From Rickettsia typhi (GTDB lineage: Bacteria > Pseudomonadota > Alphaproteobacteria > Rickettsiales > UBA1997): 64,000 nucleotides of DNA. The stretch is from positions 20,553-84,552 of the forward strand of contig CAMBFC010000004.1 in assembly GCA_945865905.1 (NCBI GenBank), written 5' to 3'. Positions 46,795 to 53,688 of this stretch are shown piece by piece. The position numbers were made by a program, and so were the translations under genes. The notes under the pieces are model-generated. The model was not told the DNA's origin, made no database searches, and was given only the letters and a program-made list of their open reading frames with translations. The first letter of the stretch is position 1. Each line of letters begins with the position of its first letter.

Positions 46795-46808
46795 ATTAAA
46801 GGAGAATT

Positions 46809-47168
46809 ATGAGCCGTGTAAAAAGAGGTGTCACCAAAAGAGCGCGACACAAAAAAGTTTTAAAAATGGCGAAAGGCTATCGTGGCCGCGCTAAAAATTG
46901 TTTCCGCATCGCAATTGAAAAAGTTGAGAAAGCGTTACAATATTCATATCGTGATAGAAAAGTTCGTAAGCGTGATTTTCGTGCTTTGTGGATTCAGCGT
47001 ATCAACGCTGCTGTTCGTGAGCAAGGAATGATCTATTCTACTTTTATCAATGGTTTAAAATTAGCAAAAATTGATCTTGATCGCAAAGTGCTTTCAGATC
47101 TTGCAATTAAACAGCCAGAAGTGTTTCAAGAAATTGTTGCTAAGGCAAAAAAAGCTTTGGCTTCTTAA
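46809..47168 (+). CDS. rplT: 50S ribosomal protein L20
   Basis: 119 aa, [26 protein letters not shown], preceded by an AAAGGAG Shine-Dalgarno sequence. Confidence 0.94.
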   Translation: MSRVKRGVTKRARHKKVLKMAKGYRGRAKNCFRIAIEKVEKALQYSYRDRKVRKRDFRALWIQRINAAVREQGMIYSTFINGLKLAKIDLDRKVLSDLAIKQPEVFQEIVAKAKKALAS

Positions 47169-47190
47169 GGTTTATTGTCAGATTTATTGT

Positions 47191-47220
47191 CGGCGGGCGG
47201 GCCCCTGAGCTCGTCTGCCG
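47191..47220 (+). other. plus-strand RNA stem-loop (12 bp incl. 3 G-U) downstream of rplT
   Basis: CGGCGGGCGGGC / loop CCCTGA / GCTCGTCTGCCG. It pairs only on the plus strand, since the three G-U pairs become A-C on the minus strand. No T-tract follows, so terminator function is uncertain. Confidence 0.35.
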
Positions 47221-47288
47221 CAATCATGATCTAGGCCTGTCTGACAAAAACATGTGGTGCACTAATAAAAAAGATTAAAGCAGCAAGC

Positions 47289-47765
47289 ATGAAACTCTAC
47301 ACCGCCCTCATTAAAAAAGATCAAAGCAACAAAATCGAAGATGTGGTTTTGCTTAAAGAAGGCTTCTCTTTGATGGCTTTTTTATTTAGTGGCGTATGGT
47401 TTCTGTTTCATAAAATGTGGTTAAACGCTGTAATTATTTTTGCCATCAGTTATTTTTTACAATCTTTGGGCGAAGCCGGAGTGCTTTCTACGATTGATCT
47501 GATGTTTTTAGAATTTTCCTTTATTGTTATTATTGCTTATAACGCCAATTGCTGGTTCAGCGAAGATTTGTTGCGTCGCGGCTATCAAATAAGTGGATTT
47601 GTTTTGGCTTCTAGCAAAGCTGAGGCCAGAATCAAAGCGGTGCAGTCGCTTTATGTTGATTATTCTGATTTGAGCATTGATGAATTCAGCGACGCAATCA
47701 TTGATCCCAAAGGCTATCGCAAGCATTTGCAAGAACAAAAAAATGAGCCTTATTTTTCTGTATAA
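47289..47765 (+). CDS. DUF2628 family membrane protein
   Basis: 158 aa. KEGFSLMAFLFSGVWFLFHKMW is typical of DUF2628. Confidence 0.7.
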   Translation: MKLYTALIKKDQSNKIEDVVLLKEGFSLMAFLFSGVWFLFHKMWLNAVIIFAISYFLQSLGEAGVLSTIDLMFLEFSFIVIIAYNANCWFSEDLLRRGYQISGFVLASSKAEARIKAVQSLYVDYSDLSIDEFSDAIIDPKGYRKHLQEQKNEPYFSV

Positions 47766-47768
47766 ATT

Positions 47769-48404
47769 ATGAAAACTGTAATAATTGATTATGGATCGGG
47801 CAATTTGCAATCGGTCTTCAACGCGCTTTTATCCTTGAATCTCGGGCATGAAATTCTCATTTCGGATCGTCCAGAAGTCTTAAAAACAGCAACACATTTA
47901 ATTTTGCCGGGTGTTGGCACTTTTTCTGATTGCATGCAAGGATTAAAAGCCATAGAAGGTCTAGGAGAGGCGCTGCACAAACAGGTGATGATAGAACAAA
48001 AACCTTTGTTGGGCATTTGTGTTGGTATGCAAGTTTTGGCTTCAAAAGGTTATGAAAATGCCGAGACTCTAGGTCTTGGATTTATCGATGGCAAAGTGGT
48101 AAAAATTGAAGCCAGTGGTGATCTTAAAATTCCGCATATGGGCTGGAACGATCTAATCATTAGGCCCGAACAGGCGGCGCATCCAATTTTAAAAGGCATA
48201 AAAAACGGCGATCATGTTTATTTTGCTAATAGTTTTCACTTTTTGTGTCAAAATGAAGGCAATGTCTTGGCGCAGGTAGAATATGGCTCTAAGCTTAATG
48301 CGATGATTGCAAAAAAGAACATTGTTGGCATTCAATTTCATCCAGAAAAAAGTGGCGAGGTTGGATTGCAAATTTTGAAGAATTTTTTGAATTGGCGTTA
48401 TTAA
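47769..48404 (+). CDS. hisH: imidazole glycerol phosphate synthase, glutamine amidotransferase subunit
   Basis: 211 aa with IIDYGSGNL, GICVGMQ (catalytic Cys) and the HPEKS triad. Confidence 0.92.
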   Translation: MKTVIIDYGSGNLQSVFNALLSLNLGHEILISDRPEVLKTATHLILPGVGTFSDCMQGLKAIEGLGEALHKQVMIEQKPLLGICVGMQVLASKGYENAETLGLGFIDGKVVKIEASGDLKIPHMGWNDLIIRPEQAAHPILKGIKNGDHVYFANSFHFLCQNEGNVLAQVEYGSKLNAMIAKKNIVGIQFHPEKSGEVGLQILKNFLNWRY

Positions 48405-48412
48405 AAATTGAT

Positions 48413-49516
48413 ATGCTAAAAGCTCACAAATATCTTTCTCAAATTGAAACTTACAAACCGGGAAAAGCTAAAATCTCTGGCGCAGCAAATATAAAAATAG
48501 CAAAACTATCTTCCAACGAAAATGCCCTAGGGTCAAGCCCACTGGCGCTTGCTGCTTATCGCGATCATGCTGATGCGGTTTTTCGTTATGCCGATGGATC
48601 TTGCATTTTGTTGCGCGAGGCCTTGGCGCAGCTGCATAAAATTAATGCAGAAAAAATAGTTTGTGGCGCGGGGTCAGATGAAATTATTGCGCTTTTAACT
48701 TCGGCATTTGCGGGCGTAGGCGATGAAATAATTTATAGCAAGCACGGGTTTTTAATGTATCCAATCTCGGCGAAGCGCGTAGGCGCTGATGCGGTGATGG
48801 TTGATGAAAATAGTTTAAAAACAGATGTTGGGGCAATTTTAAAAGCAATTACACCAAAAACAAAAATAATTTTTATTGCCAATCCCAATAATCCAACTGG
48901 TTCTTATCTTAATAAAGACGAGGTTGCGTGGTTAATTTCTTCTGTGCCAAAAAATATTCTTATTGTGCTGGATCATGCTTACGAAGAGTTCGCGCAAGGG
49001 CTTGCAGCCGATTATCCTGATGCGATTGCTTTAGTAAATCAACATGAAAATGTGGTAGTAACGCGCACCTTCTCCAAGGTCTACGGCCTTGCCTCTCTAA
49101 GAATTGGTTGGTGTTATGGCTCTGCTTATGTTGCAGAAATTCTTAACAAAATGCGCGGACCTTTTAATGTTGGTGGGCCGGCTCAAGCGGCTGCTGTTGC
49201 GGCTTTGCAAGATGTTGAGTTTTTTGAAAAATCACTCGCGCATAATAAAAAATGGTTGGAGAAATTTTTTGCAGAAATCTCTCAGCTCAATCAAATCAAG
49301 GCCCATCCATCAATTGCAAATTTTATTTTGCTTGATTTTGGCAGTGTAGAATCATGCAAAAAAGCTAATGAAAAATTATTAGCGGAGGGAATCATTCTGC
49401 GCGAAATGGAGGCATATCATTTGCCGAGCTGCCTACGGATGACCATTGGCAGCGCTGAAGAAAATATTAAGCTTTTACCATTGCTTGAAGCTGTTAATCA
49501 AATTATTTGTATCTAA
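48413..49516 (+). CDS. hisC: histidinol-phosphate aminotransferase
   Basis: Class-II aminotransferase with SSNEN, NPNNPTG and the TFSKVYGLASLRIG PLP-lysine region. I chose the ATG at 48413; the track TTG at 48392 overlaps hisH. Confidence 0.88.
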   Translation: MLKAHKYLSQIETYKPGKAKISGAANIKIAKLSSNENALGSSPLALAAYRDHADAVFRYADGSCILLREALAQLHKINAEKIVCGAGSDEIIALLTSAFAGVGDEIIYSKHGFLMYPISAKRVGADAVMVDENSLKTDVGAILKAITPKTKIIFIANPNNPTGSYLNKDEVAWLISSVPKNILIVLDHAYEEFAQGLAADYPDAIALVNQHENVVVTRTFSKVYGLASLRIGWCYGSAYVAEILNKMRGPFNVGGPAQAAAVAALQDVEFFEKSLAHNKKWLEKFFAEISQLNQIKAHPSIANFILLDFGSVESCKKANEKLLAEGIILREMEAYHLPSCLRMTIGSAEENIKLLPLLEAVNQIICI

Positions 49517-49533
49517 CAACTAAATTAATAAAT

Positions 49534-50148
49534 ATGTTTGATAATTTCAATGATTCTGATACACAGAGCTTTGTTTTCTCGCTGCTCTTGTTAGTTTTTT
49601 TAATTAGTAGTTTAATTTTTCGTCGTGAAATTGCACTTTCTAAAGCTTTAAAATATCTGGCGCTTTGGACTTTGATTGCTTTGGTGGGAGTTGGTCTTTA
49701 TGCCTATCGTTATCAATTTACTGATTTTAAAGAAAAGATGCTCGAGGCGATTAACCCTACAGCAGTAAGGGTTAATGATAGGGGTGAAATGGTGATTAAT
49801 CTTTCTAGTGAGGGGCATTTTTTTATTGATGTTACAATTAATGGTATATCAATGCGCTTTATGATTGATACGGGAGCAAGTGATATTGTGATTGATAAAA
49901 ACCAAGCGCAAAAACTTGGCATTAATATACAAGACTTAGTTTTTAATAAACGCTACGAAACCGCTAACGGCAGGTCTTACGGGGCGAGTGTGGTTTTGCA
50001 AGAAGTACAAGTTGGCAATGCTAAATTTCATAATATCGCCGCTTCAGTTAATAGTGCAGAGTTGGGAACGCCACTTTTGGGAATGAGCTTTTTGCGACAG
50101 TTTAAGAAATATGAGTTCTATCAAGAGCGATTGGTGTTGACTTTATAG
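49534..50148 (+). CDS. membrane-anchored retropepsin-like aspartic protease (TIGR02281/APRc type)
   Basis: N-terminal TM helices followed by GHFFIDVTINGISMRFMIDTGASDIVI, the DTG retropepsin signature. ATG at 49534; the track uses the TTG at 49507. Confidence 0.8.
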   Translation: MFDNFNDSDTQSFVFSLLLLVFLISSLIFRREIALSKALKYLALWTLIALVGVGLYAYRYQFTDFKEKMLEAINPTAVRVNDRGEMVINLSSEGHFFIDVTINGISMRFMIDTGASDIVIDKNQAQKLGINIQDLVFNKRYETANGRSYGASVVLQEVQVGNAKFHNIAASVNSAELGTPLLGMSFLRQFKKYEFYQERLVLTL

Positions 50149-50204
50149 GATTGTTGTAAAGGCTATTAGATCAGAAGTTTATTTTGTTAATTAATAAATA
50201 ATTT

Positions 50205-52331
50205 ATGTCAAAAACTGAATTAAAACCATCTCAGAAACTTGTGGCCCTAATTAAAGAGGCGTTGATAGATGGTGATAGAAAAAAATTTGTTAAAGAGGCG
50301 ATAAGATTGAAAGATGCAAAGATAATAGTTAGTCCGGAAATTCAATCTGCGCTGAAAGAAGTTCTTGAAAAAAAGAAAGGCGATATTGTCGGGGCATATA
50401 TTGCAATATTTGGTAGGGATAAGAATTTTCTAGAGGCTTACCAAAAGCGAAGCGATATTTTTAAAGGCTTTGCTGAAACTGCAAGTTATAGTAGAGAAGT
50501 GGCAGCTCTTTCAGACCTCATAAGTAAATCTAATCAAGAATTGTATGGTTTAGATCAGGTTGTAAAATCTCCAACGCCAGTAGCTCAAAAGAGCCCCAGC
50601 TTAGAGTCTGGTCTCGATGTGTCGAAAGATGTCTCGTCACAAGCTGTTGTGGCTATAGAAGAGAAGGCTAAGCCAGATCTTGTTGGTGAGCTGGTGGTTA
50701 AAATTTCTGATAGAATACTTCATAACAAAACTGTAAGCGAGTTATCTTTTGTAAAAATAATGCCTTTGAAGGAGGGCAAGGATGGCAATGAACGCATCAA
50801 AAAACTTTTGATAAAAGCGGTGAGCGAAGGAAGTTCGTTTGGGGGGGAGAGAGGAGAAGAGCCTATTGAGTCATCTAGGGCGGGGGTTAATAATCCTAAT
50901 AAAAGATATGATGTTGTGGAGGCTTATTTGGAAGCGCGCAAAAAGGATACTTCATATAAAATCGAGGATGACGTTTGTTATCAAGATGTATTGAAAGTGG
51001 TTGTGGGGCAGTATAGAGAGGCTGCTAGCAAAGATGCTACAAGTGGCACTGAATTTCTTTTACATAGCGCTTGTTTTGTGGACCGTGTTAAGAAATGTAA
51101 AGATTTATATCAAAATGTTTCTGATATATACGACAAAGAATTAGCGGAGGCTAAAGCCATTGGAGAGAGACGAAGACAAAAAAGAGAGGTTGAGGAGGGG
51201 GAGAAGGCAAAAGCTTGGAATTTAGCTTTGGATTTGGAGAAAAAGAGAGGAGCTGCCCCTGTTGATGGGCATAGAGATTTTATGAGCGAAATTAAGGCGC
51301 CTGAAGGGGGTCCGGAAGATCCGGAATCTGAATATTATTCGGATGACTTTGAATCTGAATCTGATGATGAAGGGGTAGTGCGCGCTGCTGCGCTTGCTAA
51401 TCAGGAGAGAAGAGAGCGCACTGAAAAGAGGGGGCTGGCTTCTGAGCGAGAGAGGAGGGCTTTTGACAAAGCATTGAGTAAAATGAATGGAGCGTCAGAT
51501 AAAGATAACAAGAGTCATTTGGGGTCGCTCACTTCGACAGGGGAGGAAAGAAAATCTATCATTCCTCAACCCATCAAAGGAGATTCAAGAAGGGCAACCT
51601 ATGCTGCAAACGCTCAGGATCAAGAGGCTAATCCAAACATAATGGCCGCGCAAGAGACTAGAAAGCCTGTTATTTCTGAAAGTGCAAAAAAATTGTTGCA
51701 AGGAATTAAGGATAGAGAGGCGAGAAAAACAGCTGCGGCTTCGGCTGCTAAGGCAGAACAAGAGTCGCAGAGGGTGCTCGCTAGTGAAACAAGATCTGAG
51801 TTGATAAAGGGGCTACCCAGCTTTAAAAAAAGAACTCCTGAGGAAGAGCGTGCGCAAGATGCTGCAAGAGAGCGTGCGGCAATTGCCGCGTTTGCCGCTG
51901 GCGGCTCTCGTGCTTCTGGTGGCGCGATTCGCAGAGAGGTGCCACTAGCAGCGAGGCTTGAGACAAGGGTTGCGGCGCCAAATAGCGCAACAGATTACGG
52001 CCTTCAGGGTCCGCGTGGAAGTGTTTCAGCAAAATATTTGCCGGGAAGTAATAAAATGCGCTCTTCGGCAGAATATGACTCGGGTCAGGGCAGCAGCAGA
52101 GGAAGCTCTGCGGAGGATTTGAGTGCTGCAGCTGTTGATTCTGGAGCTAAAAACAATTCGAGAAGAATAAGCTTTGATGCCGGTGAAAAGCAAACACCTG
52201 AAAGGTTAAAATCATCTCGAGGCCCAAAAAACCCGGGTAATGGTATAGTGTCTCGTGGTACAGTTCGTCGGCTAACTAGCACATCTCTTGGCGGAGGTCT
52301 CCAAGGCAATGAAACCCCTCGCGCACAATGA
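50205..52331 (+). CDS. large orphan protein, charged/disordered C-terminal two thirds
   Basis: 708-aa uninterrupted ORF that fills the interval and overlaps truB by ATGA. No domain recognised. It has E/R/K/S/A-rich low complexity and is locally GC-rich (34 GC in the 60 nt at 51361-51420). Confidence 0.65.
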   Translation: MSKTELKPSQKLVALIKEALIDGDRKKFVKEAIRLKDAKIIVSPEIQSALKEVLEKKKGDIVGAYIAIFGRDKNFLEAYQKRSDIFKGFAETASYSREVAALSDLISKSNQELYGLDQVVKSPTPVAQKSPSLESGLDVSKDVSSQAVVAIEEKAKPDLVGELVVKISDRILHNKTVSELSFVKIMPLKEGKDGNERIKKLLIKAVSEGSSFGGERGEEPIESSRAGVNNPNKRYDVVEAYLEARKKDTSYKIEDDVCYQDVLKVVVGQYREAASKDATSGTEFLLHSACFVDRVKKCKDLYQNVSDIYDKELAEAKAIGERRRQKREVEEGEKAKAWNLALDLEKKRGAAPVDGHRDFMSEIKAPEGGPEDPESEYYSDDFESESDDEGVVRAAALANQERRERTEKRGLASERERRAFDKALSKMNGASDKDNKSHLGSLTSTGEERKSIIPQPIKGDSRRATYAANAQDQEANPNIMAAQETRKPVISESAKKLLQGIKDREARKTAAASAAKAEQESQRVLASETRSELIKGLPSFKKRTPEEERAQDAARERAAIAAFAAGGSRASGGAIRREVPLAARLETRVAAPNSATDYGLQGPRGSVSAKYLPGSNKMRSSAEYDSGQGSSRGSSAEDLSAAAVDSGAKNNSRRISFDAGEKQTPERLKSSRGPKNPGNGIVSRGTVRRLTSTSLGGGLQGNETPRAQ

Positions 52332-53044
52332 ATTTTGCAACCGAAAATTACTGGCTCAACATCGATAAGCCCGTAGGCATTAGCTCGGCGCGGGCGGTGG
52401 CGATTGTTAAGCGGCTTACTAAGGCTAAAAAAGTTGGTCATGGAGGCACGCTAGATCCCTTTGCTGATGGCATTCTTCCTATCGCCGTCAACAAGGCCAC
52501 CAAAACCGCCGAGGCAATGATGGCGGCGCGCAAGCAATATCGTTTTCGTATTCAATGGGGCGAATTTCGTGATACTGATGATGTTGAGGGGCAGGTTGAA
52601 GAATCAAGCGCAGCGAGGCCTTCTAGCGCAGAGCTAATCTCGATTCTGCCACAATTTGTTGGCAAAATTCAGCAAACACCATCGCGGTTTTCTGCAATAA
52701 AAATCAACGGCCAACGCGCTTATGATCTTGCTCGCGACGGCGTTGCCTTTGAAATGAAATCGCGCGAAATCGAAATTTTCTCACTAAAATTGCTCAGCAA
52801 TAATCAAAATTTTTGCGAAATAGAAATTGAATGCTCAAAGGGAACCTATGTGCGTTCATTGGCTCGCGCTATTGCACAAAAATTGCAAGCCTGCGGATAT
52901 GTTTCAAAATTAACCCGTTTGCAAGTGGGGCGATTTTTGTATCAAAACAAAATATCGCTTGAAACCTTAAAAAATGCCACTAGATTTGACGGCACATTGT
53001 TAGATGGCTCGCTGCTTTTGCTGCAAGATGCTATTAAGATGTGA
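52328..53044 (+). CDS. truB: tRNA pseudouridine(55) synthase (short form, no PUA domain)
   Basis: 238 aa with GHGGTLDPFADGILPIAV, containing the catalytic Asp motif. Confidence 0.88.
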   Translation: MNFATENYWLNIDKPVGISSARAVAIVKRLTKAKKVGHGGTLDPFADGILPIAVNKATKTAEAMMAARKQYRFRIQWGEFRDTDDVEGQVEESSAARPSSAELISILPQFVGKIQQTPSRFSAIKINGQRAYDLARDGVAFEMKSREIEIFSLKLLSNNQNFCEIEIECSKGTYVRSLARAIAQKLQACGYVSKLTRLQVGRFLYQNKISLETLKNATRFDGTLLDGSLLLLQDAIKM

Positions 53045-53130
53045 TGCAATCATAGGCTTTTGGGCCTTTAAGATCAAGCCTTCGGGCTAGTTTAAAAGTT
53101 CAAAATCAATATTAAAATAAACAAAAAAAG

Positions 53131-53403
53131 ATGTCTACTCTTACCCAAAAAACTAAGCAAGAAGTGATCAAAACATTCGCGCCAACCAAAGCTGATACTG
53201 GTTCAGTTGAAGTTCAGGCCGCTGTTATGACCAAACAGATTGAAAATTTAACCGAACATTTAAAGATCCACAAAAAAGATCATTCATCTCGTCGCGGGCT
53301 TTTGATCCTTGTGGGCAAAAGAAGAAGATTGCTTGATTATCTTAAAGATAAATCAAAAGATCGCTATGAAGCGTTGATTAAAAAATTAGAAATTAGAAAA
53401 TAG
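53131..53403 (+). CDS. rpsO: 30S ribosomal protein S15
   Basis: 90 aa with [30 protein letters not shown]. Confidence 0.94.
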   Translation: MSTLTQKTKQEVIKTFAPTKADTGSVEVQAAVMTKQIENLTEHLKIHKKDHSSRRGLLILVGKRRRLLDYLKDKSKDRYEALIKKLEIRK

Positions 53404-53424
53404 TTGCTTTAAGTTTTCGTTCGT

Positions 53425-53509
53425 TACAGAGAATCACTCTTCTGATATTTATTTATGTAGCTGTGCTTGCGCGCGAAATAAATGAATATCAGAAGAGTGA
53501 TTCTCTGTA
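53425..53509 (+). repeat. long hairpin element, core C, 32-bp arms, in the rpsO-pnp leader
   Basis: Arms 53425-53456 and 53478-53509 are complementary except for one U-G position on the plus strand. The loop 53457-53477, GTAGCTGTGCTTGCGCGCGAA, is identical to 5579-5599. Confidence 0.9.
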
Positions 53510-53688
53510 GTTCGAGAACTTTATAAATAAGATTTTCAAAATGAATTCTTCAATTTTCAAAATGTTGTTAAAGTGTTGCCTCTGTTGTTCTGTGTGTTGT
53601 TTGAAGTTCAAATGTTAAATCACAAATTTCAGATTGTTTTTTGCCTATAAAAGGTGTGTCAAAATGTTAGTAATCAAAAATAATAAAT

